Positions 9,454 through 20,909 of a DNA stretch of 52,802 bases are shown piece by piece. How positions within the stretch are numbered: position 1 is the stretch's first letter; every line of letters starts with the position of its first letter. The stretch covers positions 1-52,802 of the forward strand of contig CAZWNI010000001.1 in assembly GCA_964635385.1 (NCBI GenBank). The letters are read 5' to 3'. Under the pieces are notes generated by a model, which was given only the letters and a program-made list of their open reading frames with translations, had not been told where the DNA came from and made no database searches. The translations under genes and the position numbers were made by a program. Origin of the DNA: an uncultured Oscillospiraceae bacterium (GTDB taxonomy: Bacteria > Bacillota > Clostridia > Oscillospirales > Ruminococcaceae).

Positions 9454-10497
9454 TCAAAAGGTCTGCTGACCCGGCTGACGCAAATGCAGGTGTTCATAGG
9501 CAGCCTTGGTGGCACAGCGGCCCCTAGGAGTGCGGTTTAAGAAGCCAAGCTGCATCAAATAAGGCTCGCAGACATCTTCCAACGTTACCGCTTCCTCCCC
9601 CATGGCAGAAGCCAGGGTATCCAGTCCCACCGGGCCGCCCCCATAAAACTGAATAATCGTGGTGAGCATCCGCCGGTCCAGGCTGTCCAGTCCAAGTTGA
9701 TCGATTTCCAGCCGGTTTAAGGCGATGTCCACCAAGTTCGGAGTCAGGGTGCCGTCTCCCAGCACCTGGGCAAAGTCCCGCACCCGTTTCAGCAGACGGT
9801 TGGCGATCCGAGGGGTGCCCCGGCTGCGCTTCGCCAGAGCCAAAGCCCCTTCTTTCGTACAGGAGATATTCAAAATCTGAGCGCTGCGGAGCACAATCTC
9901 GCAGAGCTGCTCCGGGGTGTACAGTTCCAACCGGAGCACCACTCCGAACCGGTCCCGGAGAGGGGCGGAAAGCTGTCCCGCCCGCGTGGTGGCGCCCACC
10001 AGGGTAAAGTGTTTTAAGTCCATGCGGATGGAGCGGGCAGAAGGGCCTTTGCCGATGATGATGTCGATGGCAAAGTCCTCCATGGCGGGATACAGCACCT
10101 CTTCCACCGTCCGAGGAAGGCGGTGAATCTCGTCAATGAACAGCACATCACCGTCATCCAGATTGGTAAGCAGAGCCGCCAGATCTCCCGGCTTTTCAAT
10201 GGCTGGACCGCTTGTAATCCTCAGGCTGCCCCCCATTTCATTGGCAATAATGCCGGACAAGGTGGTTTTTCCCAATCCCGGAGGGCCGTGAAGCAGCACA
10301 TGATCCAGTGCTTCCCCCCGTTCTTTGGCAGCTTGGATAAAGACCCGCAGGTTTTCCTTGGCTTTGTCCTGGCCGATGTATTCCGAAAGGGTACGGGGGC
10401 GCAGGGAATACTCCACATCGCTGTCTGCCAGCTCATCGTAGACCGGGTCTACCATTCTGGCCTGCTCCTCGTCCCATTGCGTACTGGAATCGAACAT
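9454..10497 (-). CDS. ruvB: Holliday junction branch migration helicase RuvB
   Basis: 347 aa. Walker [19 protein letters not shown], RuvB C-terminal winged-helix region. Confidence 0.97.
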   Translation of the reverse strand: MFDSSTQWDEEQARMVDPVYDELADSDVEYSLRPRTLSEYIGQDKAKENLRVFIQAAKERGEALDHVLLHGPPGLGKTTLSGIIANEMGGSLRITSGPAIEKPGDLAALLTNLDDGDVLFIDEIHRLPRTVEEVLYPAMEDFAIDIIIGKGPSARSIRMDLKHFTLVGATTRAGQLSAPLRDRFGVVLRLELYTPEQLCEIVLRSAQILNISCTKEGALALAKRSRGTPRIANRLLKRVRDFAQVLGDGTLTPNLVDIALNRLEIDQLGLDSLDRRMLTTIIQFYGGGPVGLDTLASAMGEEAVTLEDVCEPYLMQLGFLNRTPRGRCATKAAYEHLHLRQPGQQTF

Positions 10498-10512
10498 AGT
10501 TTGCTCCTTCCC

Positions 10513-11118
10513 TTACAGCTTGGAAAGCTGCTTTAATCCAAGGCGGATCATCTCTTCCACCGGCAAACCGGCGTCCAGCTTGCGGATAACCCCGGCAGCT
10601 TCGGACTGGGAAAAGCCCAGAACCACCAAAGCGCTGACCGCTTCCGCCGCATTTTTGCTCCCGCTTTGAAGGGGAAGGGCCTCCCCGCCCTCCTGCACCT
10701 GAGCGGCGGCTTGGGCAGCGCCGATCTTATCCTTCAATTCCAACACAATCCGCTGGGCCGTTTTCGGGCCGATGCCGCTGCTTTTGCTCAACGACTTTAC
10801 GTCTTCCGAAGCCACCAACAGGGCAAATTCTTCCGGGGTGCGGTCGCTTAAAATGGTCAGGGCCGCTTTGGGGCCCACCCCGCTAATGGAAATCAGCATC
10901 AAGAAGCACTCTAGTTCGCTTTGCTGGGCAAAACCGTAGAGTTCCAAAGCGTCTTCCCGGACGTTGAGGTGAGTGTAAAGGAACCCCTGCTCCCCTTCCC
11001 GGCCCAGTTTGGAGGTGGTGTTCAGGGTGGTTTTCACCCCAAATCCCACTCCGGATACCTCCAGCACCACGAAATTCGGCTGTTTGGTGCGAATCGTACC
11101 GCTTAAAGAATAAATCAT
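10513..11118 (-). CDS. ruvA: Holliday junction DNA-binding protein RuvA
   Basis: 201 aa. MIYSLSGTI...VLEVSGVGF N-terminus, HhH motifs (ISGVGPKAAL, SGIGPKTAQRI). Confidence 0.95.
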   Translation of the reverse strand: MIYSLSGTIRTKQPNFVVLEVSGVGFGVKTTLNTTSKLGREGEQGFLYTHLNVREDALELYGFAQQSELECFLMLISISGVGPKAALTILSDRTPEEFALLVASEDVKSLSKSSGIGPKTAQRIVLELKDKIGAAQAAAQVQEGGEALPLQSGSKNAAEAVSALVVLGFSQSEAAGVIRKLDAGLPVEEMIRLGLKQLSKL

Positions 11119-11152
11119 GCCAATGTCCTTTCTGCCAACAAAATAAGACTAT

Positions 11153-11632
11153 TTAATGAACAATACCGCTGCAATGGGCGTGGGTAATGGCCACCGCCAA
11201 GGCATCTGCTACATCGTCCGGTTTGGGAGCCTGCTTCAAATTCAGCAGCTTCGTGGTCATATAAATTACCTGATGCTTTTCCGCATTGCCGTACCCCACC
11301 ACGGCCTGTTTTATCTGCACCGGGGAATATTCAAAAATCGGGACGTTCCGTTGGGCAGCTCCCAACAGGATCAATCCTCTGGCCTGGGCCACGTCGATGC
11401 CGGTGGTGACATTATTGCCGAAGTACAGCTTTTCAATGGAAACCGCTTCCGGATGAAACCGGTCCAACAGAGCGGTGTAATCCTCATAAATGGTTTGCAA
11501 TCGCTTGGGGAAAAGCTGATCCGGGGTGGTGGTGATTGCGCCATACTCCAAGGTGGAAAAGCGGTTTCGATGATAGTCCACGATTCCAACTCCCACAATA
11601 GCATAGCCGGGGTCGATCCCCATAATCCGCAC
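11153..11632 (-). CDS. ruvC: Crossover junction endodeoxyribonuclease RuvC
   Basis: (V)RIMGIDPGYAIVGVGI N-terminus with the catalytic Asp. GTG at 11632 lies 7 nt after GGGAGG. Confidence 0.9.
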   Translation of the reverse strand: MRIMGIDPGYAIVGVGIVDYHRNRFSTLEYGAITTTPDQLFPKRLQTIYEDYTALLDRFHPEAVSIEKLYFGNNVTTGIDVAQARGLILLGAAQRNVPIFEYSPVQIKQAVVGYGNAEKHQVIYMTTKLLNLKQAPKPDDVADALAVAITHAHCSGIVH

Positions 11633-11672
11633 ATTGCTCCCTCCCTTTGACAAAATGACCCAGAATACTGTA

Positions 11673-11701
11673 ATTATAGCACATTACTTCCCGCAGGGCA
11701 A
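11673..11701 (-). promoter_or_regulatory. Putative promoter of the ruvCAB operon
   Basis: The minus strand reads TTGCCC-17 nt-TATAAT with a TGc extended -10. Confidence 0.45.
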
Positions 11702-11721
11702 ATTCTTTTCCCGGTTTCCTT

Positions 11722-11765
11722 CCAAAAACAGAGGTTCCCTTCCCCGCAGTCAGCGGGAAAGGGAA
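11722..11765 (-). terminator. Intrinsic terminator after the dockerin-protein gene
   Basis: 13-bp stem TTCCCTTCCCCGC / GCGGGAAAGGGAA (one mismatch), 5-nt loop, followed on the minus strand by TGTTTTTGG. Confidence 0.65.
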
Positions 11766-11769
11766 GCAA

Positions 11770-12903
11770 TCAAACGACAGAATCGGAAATCTCCTGGCAA
11801 AGTATTATGACGTCCATAACATCAACCTCGCCGTCACCGTTAAAATCCCAGCCGGCCTGGAAAACGGCGTTTTGGCCTGCGATGTACTGTGCCAGAGTCA
11901 TTGCGTCCAGCACATTCACTGCCCCGTCCAGGTTGATGTCAAAAGACTGCGAATTGGAGCCGAAGTCATTGGAGGCATCACTGTCCGTTTCACTTTGCGT
12001 CCTCTCCACCGACACCTCCACCGCCGTCACATTTCCGGCGGCGTCGTAGGCGTAGATGTGCGTGTAATAGGTGCCGTAAAGGGGCTGCCCTGTTTCATCT
12101 GTCTGATACGGGATAAACAGGGTATATACGTCTCCGTCCGACTCCACCGGATACCACACCGCCGATTCCCCCGGGTCTTGACTGGAGTGCCAGGAGGGGA
12201 AATAAACCTGCGTAACCCCCACGTCATCGGTAATGGTGCAGGTTACGGTATAGCCGTCCTGCTGCGCTTCCGCCTGGGCCAGGAGAATTACCGGAGCCTC
12301 GGTGTCTATTTGATCTTGCGGGTAATTCTCCGCCGTGTACAGCGAAAGTCCCCGGAAATAAGAGGCCAGTTTTTCCCAGGTCATGGTGCGTACCTGCACT
12401 CCGCAGCTGTTGTCCCAGTTGCAGTCAAACACGGTAATCCCCGTTTCGTCCTGGGAAACATAGATCATGGTATGGCCGCTGCTGCGGGTGCGGCTGCGCC
12501 CTTGAATGAAGTCTCCCGGACGGGCCTCGGCAAAAATCTGCTGCATCAGCTGGGTGTCGTCGGAAGCGAAGTCCCACTCCCGCGCCACCTCCACGGCGCC
12601 GGAAGGATTCGGCAGATAGTAATACTCATCATCGTACCGGCCGATGAAGGTCACCCCAAACAAACGGTAGAAAATATAATTGGCAAAGCCTTTGCACTGA
12701 ATCCCATAGTAGTTTTGGGAAGTGCTTCCGCTGCTGTCGCTGGGGTTGCCGTCGGTGGTCCAATAGGTTCCGTTATATTCTTGGATCAACTGTTCCAAAG
12801 CCGCTTCTGTTGTGGTTTGCGCAGACGCCGTCACTACAGCGCAGGAAAGGAGCAGAACCAATCCACAGAGAAATGCAGTGCATCGTTTTACAATCGTTTT
12901 CAA
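11770..12903 (-). CDS. Secreted NlpC/P60-like cysteine peptidase with one Bsp-like repeat and a C-terminal type-I dockerin
   Basis: Signal peptide. Cys in QCKGFANY and His in SGHTMIY. One WxxxxD...YTHIYAYD repeat. Two dockerin EF-hand repeats (DINLDGAVNVLD, DFNGDGEVDVMD). TTG start overlaps the upstream stop. Confidence 0.75.
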   Translation of the reverse strand: MKTIVKRCTAFLCGLVLLLSCAVVTASAQTTTEAALEQLIQEYNGTYWTTDGNPSDSSGSTSQNYYGIQCKGFANYIFYRLFGVTFIGRYDDEYYYLPNPSGAVEVAREWDFASDDTQLMQQIFAEARPGDFIQGRSRTRSSGHTMIYVSQDETGITVFDCNWDNSCGVQVRTMTWEKLASYFRGLSLYTAENYPQDQIDTEAPVILLAQAEAQQDGYTVTCTITDDVGVTQVYFPSWHSSQDPGESAVWYPVESDGDVYTLFIPYQTDETGQPLYGTYYTHIYAYDAAGNVTAVEVSVERTQSETDSDASNDFGSNSQSFDINLDGAVNVLDAMTLAQYIAGQNAVFQAGWDFNGDGEVDVMDVIILCQEISDSVV

Positions 12904-13700
12904 ACAAATTCACCCTTCTTTTGCTTTTCAAAGGAGTATAGATGCTTTTGAATCTCTTCATTCATCGCTTTTTCCACCTGACACTGCAACAGCCGGGCAG
13001 ATTCCTGGGTGGTTTCCGCTTCAGGCGGGTAAACAGCAGGCAGAAGCGTTAAATCCATACAGGGCTTTTTCTTAAACAGGCGGTACAGCCCTTTTGGCTC
13101 CCGATAGGTCACCACCATCGGCAGCACCGGCACATTGGCTTCCACCGCCATCTTAAACGCCCCCCGCTGCATCTTTCGAGTGCCTAAATTGTAGTATGGA
13201 CGCAGCACCCGTTCGGGATAAATCTGCACGGCGGCGCCCTGTTTCAATGCGGTCTCCAACTGGGAGAACAGCTCTTTGGTCCGGTGTGGGTGGTTGGATT
13301 GAGGCACCGCCCCTAAAATGCGGATCAACTGTTTTACCACCGGAATACGGAAGTTTTCCTCCAAGGTCATAAAGTACATTCGCTTGCGAAACAGCGCCAA
13401 AGCGATCATGGTGCAGTCCATGTAATGGACATGGTTGCACACCCCCACCACACCGGTATGCTTCAATCCCTTATAATTTTGGACGCCGTGGATATGAAGT
13501 CCAAAAACCACCGTATCCAAAACACGGAGGATACCCAGCACCGGATACAAGACCAGATAGTGGAAAAAGGTCTTCCAGAAACCGGATTGCAGGTAGTCGT
13601 AACCAAGCTCCGTGTTAAATTCCAGCGGACGCCACATCTCTACCGCTTCGGTCCCCATTTCGGCGTTGACCGATTCCCGGGAAAGCTGCTCACGCTCCAT
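12900..13700 (-). CDS. Lysophospholipid/1-acyl-glycerol-3-phosphate acyltransferase family protein
   Basis: 266 aa. HX4D motif NHVHYMD and a downstream YPER(V) block. N-terminal TM segment. Confidence 0.75.
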   Translation of the reverse strand: MEREQLSRESVNAEMGTEAVEMWRPLEFNTELGYDYLQSGFWKTFFHYLVLYPVLGILRVLDTVVFGLHIHGVQNYKGLKHTGVVGVCNHVHYMDCTMIALALFRKRMYFMTLEENFRIPVVKQLIRILGAVPQSNHPHRTKELFSQLETALKQGAAVQIYPERVLRPYYNLGTRKMQRGAFKMAVEANVPVLPMVVTYREPKGLYRLFKKKPCMDLTLLPAVYPPEAETTQESARLLQCQVEKAMNEEIQKHLYSFEKQKKGEFV

Positions 13701-14838
13701 GGTTTTCTTTCACCGCCTGTTCAAACATTGCTTCTGCCTGCCGGACACAGTCTTCCAAAGCATATTTCTTGCCCAGTTCGGCATAACGAATCCCCATCTG
13801 TTCCCGTTCTTGGGGGTGTTCCAGCCACCAGTCAATTTTTTCCGCCAAATCCTTGCTGTTGCCTGCTTCAAACAAACTGCGTTCGTCCAACGCAAACTGC
13901 GGCGTGGCGGAATTTGAGCTGTTGGCAATCACCGGCACCAGGCCGCTGGCGAACGCTTCCATACAGGACATGGCTTCAATCTCAACATCTGCCGCATGGA
14001 CATACAGATCACAGTATCCCAGCAGTTGGATCAAGTCCGGCTTGGGATAAAATTGGATAATAACCGGGTTTTTCAGCAGTTTATCCGCCAATTTTTGCAG
14101 TTTCTTTTTCCGGGGCCCCTTCCCCGCCAGCACCAACTGGATCTGGTCGGCATGGCGGCTCATGGCCACCGCCCGGATCAACACCTCCGGGCGCTTTTCA
14201 ATGCTCAGCCGGCCGGTTTGCAGAATCACAAACTTATCCCGCAGTTCCCTGGGCTTGTGGCGCTTAAAATAGTGAAAGTCGGGGTCAATGCCGTTGGAGA
14301 TGACGTGCAACTGCTCGGTATAACCGGTACGCACCAACTGCCGGGCAATAAACCGGCTGGGACAATGAATATGGGTGCAGTATCGGTAAATATACCGGTG
14401 AAAGAAATGATACAGCAGATCATTGATCCAATCCACCTTCCCCAGATAAACGGAAGAGGTGATGTTTTGAGGCTGCACATGAAACGCCGCAGTAAAGGGC
14501 TTATCCTTTTTTTGGGCGATGCGAATGGTCTTATGGGACAAAAAGAACGGGGAAAGAATATGGATCAAGTCCGCCCAATCCACCGCCGCCTCCACGACGT
14601 TCCGGGTCCGCTTGGCAAACACCATTCCCTGTGAAGTAACTAAGCGGTTAAAAATCGGTACATAGTATTTATCCAACAAATAGGCAGAATTGGCATCTTC
14701 CACCATATCGGGAGTGCCGTAGCTCATAATCCGCACCTCATGCCCATGCTGCCGCAGCACTCCGGCAAACCGCCGGGCCGAGATGGTCATTCCATTGTTT
14801 GCGGCATAATATTGATCGGATACTAATAAAATTTTCAT
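13690..14838 (-). CDS. GT4-family glycosyltransferase (glycolipid-synthase-like)
   Basis: 382 aa. MKILLVSDQYYAANNGMT N-terminus and the EX7E-type C-terminal motif region EIEAMSCMEAFASGLVPV. Confidence 0.8.
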   Translation of the reverse strand: MKILLVSDQYYAANNGMTISARRFAGVLRQHGHEVRIMSYGTPDMVEDANSAYLLDKYYVPIFNRLVTSQGMVFAKRTRNVVEAAVDWADLIHILSPFFLSHKTIRIAQKKDKPFTAAFHVQPQNITSSVYLGKVDWINDLLYHFFHRYIYRYCTHIHCPSRFIARQLVRTGYTEQLHVISNGIDPDFHYFKRHKPRELRDKFVILQTGRLSIEKRPEVLIRAVAMSRHADQIQLVLAGKGPRKKKLQKLADKLLKNPVIIQFYPKPDLIQLLGYCDLYVHAADVEIEAMSCMEAFASGLVPVIANSSNSATPQFALDERSLFEAGNSKDLAEKIDWWLEHPQEREQMGIRYAELGKKYALEDCVRQAEAMFEQAVKENHGA

Positions 14839-14906
14839 ACTTGCTTCCTTTTCCTTTGGGCGAAACGCCGCTTTCTTTTTCCATTGGATTTCAAAGCATA
14901 GTAGAA

Positions 14907-14935
14907 ATTATAGCACAAATATTCAATTTTTTCAA
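14907..14935 (-). promoter_or_regulatory. Putative strong promoter for the GT4-acyltransferase-dockerin protein operon
   Basis: The minus strand reads TTGAAA-17 nt-TATAAT with a TGc extended -10, directly downstream of the GNAT stop. Confidence 0.55.
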
Positions 14936-15541
14936 TCAATTCTTACCGCTTTTCAAAGATTTCTGGGAAACAGGAGAAAAAAGAGTAATATGCCGTCGAA
15001 AAAAATCTTCCCCAGCCATATCAAAATACAGCCTGGCCATTTCCCGATACGCCGTTTCCCCATGGTTTTTTCCTGCGGCAATAATGCGGTAATGGTCTTG
15101 CAGCACCTGGGCGCAGACGCCGGTCAAAACAAAACCGTTTCGTCGGTAAAACCCAATGCGGCGGTTGCGGATAGAACGGTCTTCCGGGCTTTGGGCAAAA
15201 TCCGGGTCCTCAACTTCTGCCAAAAACAAAGGCGCTTTTTGACCCGCCCACTGCTTTAACAAATCCAGGATTTTCCCGCCGATCCCGCCTCCCCGCAAGG
15301 AAGGCTCCACTGCAAAATAATCCAGCAGCACGGCTCCCGGATTGGTTTGAACCAAAAGGGCGTAGGCACAAAGGCGCTCCGGCTCTTCTTCGGCATAAAA
15401 ACCCAGAAAGGTATACCAGCCTTTGTCCTCCAACCGTTCCAGCATGGAAACCGATTTCAGTTCGCTGGCAGGAAAATCCCGCACCATAGCAGTTTGATAC
15501 AGTTGCTGCCATTGAGGCCGGTCAAGCGGTTTCAAAATCAT
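14936..15541 (-). CDS. GNAT-family N-acetyltransferase
   Basis: 201 aa. Acetyl-CoA motif region VEPSLRGGGIGGKIL. AGGGGAG RBS. Confidence 0.8.
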   Translation of the reverse strand: MILKPLDRPQWQQLYQTAMVRDFPASELKSVSMLERLEDKGWYTFLGFYAEEEPERLCAYALLVQTNPGAVLLDYFAVEPSLRGGGIGGKILDLLKQWAGQKAPLFLAEVEDPDFAQSPEDRSIRNRRIGFYRRNGFVLTGVCAQVLQDHYRIIAAGKNHGETAYREMARLYFDMAGEDFFRRHITLFSPVSQKSLKSGKN

Positions 15542-15652
15542 AACAGAAAACTCCCCTTTTCCTGAAAATGAAAATATGTTATACTGATATTATACGAAAG
15601 CAAAGGTGAAAAGGCAATTTCTTTTCCCCGAAACAAGAAAGAAGGCTGGGCT

Positions 15653-15937
15653 ATGGATCGCAAAAAGCAGCGCAAACACCTTTTCTTTTACGGAGATGTA
15701 CAGGGCGTGGGATTTCGCTACCATGCCAAATACGGCGCCCAAGGGTTGGGGCTCACCGGCTGGGTAAAAAATTGTTACGATGGTTCGGTGGAAATGGAAG
15801 TCCAGGGCTGGGAAGAAGACATCGACAAGCTGGTGCAGCTTCTCCACCAGGACCGGTACATCTGCATTCATCGCATGGAAGCCAAGCCCCTGCCGCTCCA
15901 AGAGGAGGAACGGGGCTTTCACATTCGAGGGTACTAA
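15653..15937 (+). CDS. acyP: Acylphosphatase
   Basis: 94 aa. Signature YGDVQGVGFRYH and GWVKNCYDGSVE. Confidence 0.9.
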   Translation: MDRKKQRKHLFFYGDVQGVGFRYHAKYGAQGLGLTGWVKNCYDGSVEMEVQGWEEDIDKLVQLLHQDRYICIHRMEAKPLPLQEEERGFHIRGY

Positions 15938-15942
15938 AAAGC

Positions 15943-15972
15943 AACTCCCGCTTACAGTCGGCGGGAGTTTTT
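15943..15972. terminator. Bidirectional intrinsic terminator between convergent acyP and uvrA
   Basis: AACTCCCGC / GCGGGAGTT stem with a 9-nt loop, an A-run upstream and a T-run downstream. Confidence 0.7.
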
Positions 15973-15988
15973 CTATGGCTGTTTCCAA

Positions 15989-18817
15989 TTAGGTCGCCAT
16001 GCCAAGATATTTTTTCAGATAGTTTCCGGTGTAGGATTCCGGGCAGAGAGCCACCTCTTCCGGGGTACCCGCAGCGACCAAAGTACCGCCCCGGTCTCCC
16101 CCTTCCGGGCCCAGGTCGATGATATGATCCGCTACCTTAATCACATCTAAATTATGTTCAATGATCAGCACCGTATTCCCAGCGTCCACCAGCCGCTGAA
16201 GCATCTCGATGAGTTTATGCACATCGGCGATATGCAGGCCGGTAGTGGGTTCGTCCAGGATATACAAGGTCTTTCCGGTGCTGACCCGGCTCAGCTCGGC
16301 AGCCAGCTTCACCCGCTGGGCTTCGCCGCCGGAAAGGGTGGTGGCAGCCTGGCCCATCTTTACATATCCCAGCCCCACGTCACAGATGGTTTGAAGCTTT
16401 CGCTGGATTTTAGGCACCGTCTCAAAGAATTTGCAGGCTTCTTCAATGGTCATGTCCAGCACATCGGCAATGGATCTGCCTTTGTACAGCACCTCCAACG
16501 TTTCCCGGTTGTATCGTTTTCCCCCGCAAACCTTACAGGGAACATAAATATCCGGCAGGAAATGCATTTCGATTTTAATGATGCCGTCTCCCTGGCAGGC
16601 TTCGCACCGCCCGCCTTTGACGTTAAAGGAAAACCGTCCCGGCCCGTAACCGCGCATTTTGGCAAAGTTGGTCATGGCGAACAGGCTGCGGATATCGGTG
16701 AACACTCCGGTATAGGTAGCGGGGTTGGAGCGGGGGGTCCGGCCAATGGGAGACTGGTCGATGTTGATGATTTTATCAATCAGCTCCAAACCCTGAATCT
16801 TTTTCACCTTGCCGGGTTTATCCTTGGCTTTGTAGAACTGCCGGGCGATGTTTTTATAAATGACTTCGTTTACCAAACTGGACTTGCCGGAACCGGACAC
16901 CCCGGTGACCACCGTCAGAGTACCCAGAGGAATGGAAACGTTGAGATTTTTCAGGTTGTGTTCCGCCGCCCCGACAATCTTCAATGCCCCTTTCTTCGGC
17001 TTGCGGCGTGTTTGAGGCACCGGGATCTTCTTTTTCCCGGAAAGATACTGTCCGGTGATGGAACGGGGACAGGCAACAATATCCTCCACACTGCCCTGTG
17101 CCACAATCTCTCCGCCGTGAGAACCGGCGCCGGGGCCGACGTCTACAATATGATCCGCCGCCCGCATGGTATCCTCATCGTGCTCTACCACAATCAGAGT
17201 ATTGCCCATATCCCGCAGGCGCTTTAAGGTATCCAGCAGTTTATCGTTGTCCCGCTGGTGCAGGCCGATGCTGGGTTCGTCCAAAATATAAAGCACGCCG
17301 GTCAGGGAGGAACCGATTTGGGTCGCCAGGCGGATTCGCTGGCTTTCCCCGCCGGAAAGGGTGCCGGCACTGCGGGAAAGGGTCAGATATTCCAGCCCCA
17401 CGTTTTTCAAAAAGCTCAGGCGGCTGTTGATCTCTTTGAGCACCTGGTGGGCGATGATTTTCTGCTGTTCGTCCAACTCCAGATTCGCCAGAAAATCCAA
17501 CGCCTGAGTTACGCTCAAATCGCACAGCTCCATAATGTTCTTTCCGCCGACGGTAATGGCCAAAATCTCCGGACGGAGGCGGCGGCCGTGGCAGTCCGGG
17601 CACTTCACCGAACTCATGCAGAGGGAGATTTCTTCCCGAATCCAGTTGGACTGGGTTTCCCGGAACCGCCGTTCCAGGTTGGGGATCACCCCTTCAAACA
17701 CCTGCAAATAGGTGCCGGAGCCGAAATCGTTGCTTTTGGTAAAGGAGATGGCCTCCTCCCCGGAACCATACAGGATCACCTGCCGCACCGATTCCGGCAG
17801 TTCTTCAAAAGGTGTGTCCAGGGAAAAACCATAGTGCTGAGCCAACCCCTCATAATACATCTGCGCCATGCCGAAGCCGAAATACCAGCCGCTGGCCTTG
17901 ACGGCGTTTTCCCGAATGGACAGAGAAGGGTCCGGCACCACCAGATCCGGGTCTACTTTCATAAAGGTACCCAGGCCGGTACAGGTGGGGCAGGCTCCCG
18001 CCGGATTGTTAAAGGAAAACAGATTGGGTTCCGGCTTGGGAATGGAGGTGTTGTGTTCCGGACAGGCATAATTCAAACTGTAAAGCTGTTCCCCTTGCCC
18101 TATGATTTCCACCAACACCACTCCGCCGGCAAGGTTGGTGGAGGTTTCCAGACTGTCGTACAGCCGGGACTGGATTTCCGGTTTGATGACAATTCGGTCC
18201 ACCACGATTTCCACGTTGTGTTTTTTATTCTTTTCCGGAAGGAATCCTTCCTCCAAATCGTAGATGGAGCCATCAATCCGCACCCGGACATAGCCGTTGC
18301 GCCGGGCAGATTCCAATACCTTCTCCTGCGTCCCCTTCCGGCCCCGAACCATGGGAGCCATTATTTGCAGTTTCGTCTTTTCCGGCAGGGCCATTAGCTG
18401 ATCTACAATCTGGTCGATGGTCTGGCGGCTGATTTCCCGGCCGCACACCGGGCAGTGAGGGATTCCCACCCGTGCGTAAAGCAGACGGAGGTAGTCGTAG
18501 ATCTCTGTTACCGTGCCTACCGTGGAACGGGGGTTTTTGGAAGTGGTTTTCTGGTCGATGGAGATGGCCGGGCTGAGCCCTTCGATGGACTCCACATTCG
18601 GCTTCTCCATCTGCCCCAAAAACTGCCGGGCATAGGAAGAAACGCTCTCCATATACCGGCGCTGGCCGTCGGCGTAGATGGTGTCGAAAGCCAAACTGGA
18701 CTTCCCGGAGCCGGACAGGCCTGTAAAGACAATAAACTTGTCACGCGGAATGGTCAAATCCACGTTTTTCAAATTATGTTCCTTGGCTCCTTTGATGACG
18801 ATTGAATCCATACCCAT
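15989..18817 (-). CDS. uvrA: Excinuclease ABC subunit A
   Basis: 942 aa. Two ABC modules ([25 protein letters not shown]) and zinc-finger Cys clusters. Confidence 0.98.
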   Translation of the reverse strand: MGMDSIVIKGAKEHNLKNVDLTIPRDKFIVFTGLSGSGKSSLAFDTIYADGQRRYMESVSSYARQFLGQMEKPNVESIEGLSPAISIDQKTTSKNPRSTVGTVTEIYDYLRLLYARVGIPHCPVCGREISRQTIDQIVDQLMALPEKTKLQIMAPMVRGRKGTQEKVLESARRNGYVRVRIDGSIYDLEEGFLPEKNKKHNVEIVVDRIVIKPEIQSRLYDSLETSTNLAGGVVLVEIIGQGEQLYSLNYACPEHNTSIPKPEPNLFSFNNPAGACPTCTGLGTFMKVDPDLVVPDPSLSIRENAVKASGWYFGFGMAQMYYEGLAQHYGFSLDTPFEELPESVRQVILYGSGEEAISFTKSNDFGSGTYLQVFEGVIPNLERRFRETQSNWIREEISLCMSSVKCPDCHGRRLRPEILAITVGGKNIMELCDLSVTQALDFLANLELDEQQKIIAHQVLKEINSRLSFLKNVGLEYLTLSRSAGTLSGGESQRIRLATQIGSSLTGVLYILDEPSIGLHQRDNDKLLDTLKRLRDMGNTLIVVEHDEDTMRAADHIVDVGPGAGSHGGEIVAQGSVEDIVACPRSITGQYLSGKKKIPVPQTRRKPKKGALKIVGAAEHNLKNLNVSIPLGTLTVVTGVSGSGKSSLVNEVIYKNIARQFYKAKDKPGKVKKIQGLELIDKIINIDQSPIGRTPRSNPATYTGVFTDIRSLFAMTNFAKMRGYGPGRFSFNVKGGRCEACQGDGIIKIEMHFLPDIYVPCKVCGGKRYNRETLEVLYKGRSIADVLDMTIEEACKFFETVPKIQRKLQTICDVGLGYVKMGQAATTLSGGEAQRVKLAAELSRVSTGKTLYILDEPTTGLHIADVHKLIEMLQRLVDAGNTVLIIEHNLDVIKVADHIIDLGPEGGDRGGTLVAAGTPEEVALCPESYTGNYLKKYLGMAT

Positions 18818-18834
18818 AGGGTGCGTTCCTCCCT

Positions 18835-20805
18835 TTAGCTGGGACGTTTGCCGGTGATCTCAGCAATTTTATCCCGAATCTGTGCCGCATACTCAAATTC
18901 CAGCATACGGGCGGCGTTTTTCATCTCCTCAGTGAGCCGCTTCACCTCAGCCTTGATTTCCTCCGGGGTCATCTTCTTTTTACGTTTGCCGGAAGCAGAA
19001 GGCTCCTTCTTGGATATTTCGATCACGTCCCGCACCTCTTTGTGAATGGTTCTGGGAACAATGCCGTGTTCTTCATTGTATTTCATCTGGATTTCCCGGC
19101 GGCGCTGGGTTTCCCGAATGGCGTTTTCCATAGAAGGGGTCACGCTGTCGGCGTAGAGGATCACTTCCCCTTCGGCGTTCCGGGCTGCCCGTCCGATGGT
19201 CTGGATCAGGCTGGTTTCACTGCGCAGAAAGCCCTCTTTATCCGCATCTAAAATGCAGACCAGGCTGACTTCCGGAATGTCCAGCCCCTCCCGCAGCAGG
19301 TTGATGCCCACCAGCACATCAAACTCGCCCAACCGCAGGTCCCGGATAATCTCCATTCGCTCTATGGTATCCACGTCGTGGTGAAGGTAGCGCACTTTAA
19401 TGTCCATCTGCTCCAAATAGGAAGTCAAATCTTCCGCCATCTTTTTGGTCAGGGTGGTAATCAGTACCCGCTGGTTCTTTTGAATCCGCTGATTGATCTG
19501 TAAAACAATGTCGTCGATCTGCCCTTCCACCGGTTTCACGATTACATTGGGGTCCAGCAAGCCGGTGGGGCGGATCACCTGTTCCACTACCTGGGCGGAA
19601 TGCTCTCGTTCAAACTCTCCGGGAGTTGCGGAAACATACAGCACTTTATCCAGCTTCTCGTAAAATTCCTCAAAGTTCAAAGGACGGTTATCCAAGGCGC
19701 TGGGCAGCCGGAATCCGTAGTCCACCAGAGTGGTTTTTCTGGCCCGGTCCCCGTGGTACATTCCCCGAACCTGTGGAATGGTGACGTGGCTCTCGTCCAC
19801 AATCAAGAGAAAATCATCGGGAAAGTGGTCGAACAAGGTGTAAGGCTTGCTGCCCAAAGGCCGCCCTGCCAACACTCCGGAATAGTTTTCAATGCCCTTG
19901 CAGAATCCAATCTCCTCCAGCAGCTCCAGGTCATACCTGGTGCGCTGCTCCAGCCGCTGGGCTTCCAGCAGTTTCCCTTGGGACTGAAACCAGGCCACCC
20001 GCTCCTTCAATTCCTGCTCCAGCTTCTGGACGCCCACCATCAACCGATCCCGGGGGACGATGTAGTGGCTGGCGGGATAGATGGCCACATGGGAAAGGTC
20101 ACTGAGCAGTTCTCCGGTCAAGGTGTTGATTTCGCTGATCCGGTCAATCTCATCTCCAAAAAACTCCACCCGAATGGCTTTGTCCCCACTGTATGCGGGG
20201 AAAATTTCCACCACATCTCCCCGAACCCGAAATTTATTCCGAACGAAGTTCACATCATTTCGCTCGTACTGAATCTCTACCAGCTTGCGGAGCAGCTCGT
20301 CCCGATCCTTTTCCATGCCGGTGCGCAGACTGATCACCATATTGCGGTAATCAATGGGATTTCCCAGGGAATAGATACAGGACACGCTGGCCACAATGAT
20401 CACATCGTTTCGCTCCGCCAGAGCGGAGGTGGCGGAATGGCGAAGTTTATCAATTTCATCGTTGATAGCGCTGTCCTTTTCAATATAGGTATCGGTGCCG
20501 GGAATATAGGCTTCCGGTTGGTAATAATCAAAGTAGGAGACGTAGTATTCCACTGCATTGCGGGGGAAATATTCCTTCATTTCACTGCAAAGCTGAGCGG
20601 CCAGGGTCTTATTGTGGGCTAAAATCAAAGTAGGGCGGTTAAGCTTCTGGATCACGTTCGCCATGGTGAAGGTCTTGCCGGAGCCGGTGACCCCTAATAA
20701 AGTCTGCTGTTTTTCCCCTTCCCGGTACCCTCCCACCAAGGCGGAGATGGCCTGGGGCTGGTCGCCGGTCGGGGCATATGGAGAAACCAATTCGAAGTGA
20801 TCCAT
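18835..20805 (-). CDS. uvrB: Excinuclease ABC subunit B
   Basis: 656 aa. [12 protein letters not shown], helicase motifs, C-terminal UVR domain ([12 protein letters not shown]). Confidence 0.98.
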   Translation of the reverse strand: MDHFELVSPYAPTGDQPQAISALVGGYREGEKQQTLLGVTGSGKTFTMANVIQKLNRPTLILAHNKTLAAQLCSEMKEYFPRNAVEYYVSYFDYYQPEAYIPGTDTYIEKDSAINDEIDKLRHSATSALAERNDVIIVASVSCIYSLGNPIDYRNMVISLRTGMEKDRDELLRKLVEIQYERNDVNFVRNKFRVRGDVVEIFPAYSGDKAIRVEFFGDEIDRISEINTLTGELLSDLSHVAIYPASHYIVPRDRLMVGVQKLEQELKERVAWFQSQGKLLEAQRLEQRTRYDLELLEEIGFCKGIENYSGVLAGRPLGSKPYTLFDHFPDDFLLIVDESHVTIPQVRGMYHGDRARKTTLVDYGFRLPSALDNRPLNFEEFYEKLDKVLYVSATPGEFEREHSAQVVEQVIRPTGLLDPNVIVKPVEGQIDDIVLQINQRIQKNQRVLITTLTKKMAEDLTSYLEQMDIKVRYLHHDVDTIERMEIIRDLRLGEFDVLVGINLLREGLDIPEVSLVCILDADKEGFLRSETSLIQTIGRAARNAEGEVILYADSVTPSMENAIRETQRRREIQMKYNEEHGIVPRTIHKEVRDVIEISKKEPSASGKRKKKMTPEEIKAEVKRLTEEMKNAARMLEFEYAAQIRDKIAEITGKRPS

Positions 20806-20909
20806 TTTCCTCTGCCTCCCCGAAAGATGGAAAAACCGGAATGACCCGGCTGAAACTTTTCATTAGACAGTATTATACCAAACTTCTCCGGAAATGTACA
20901 GAGGGAAAC

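Noticed and set aside
16154-18397. Two long plus-strand ORFs (357 and 379 aa). Similar cases occur at 6782-7774, 11872-12951, 19600-20622, 22548-23417, 24391-25338, 30018-30875 and 43418-44176.
   Set aside because: All lie antisense to confidently identified genes (uvrA, ecfA, the dockerin protein, uvrB, pgm, the DUF4015-like gene, the NTase, an AKR) and have non-protein-like composition.
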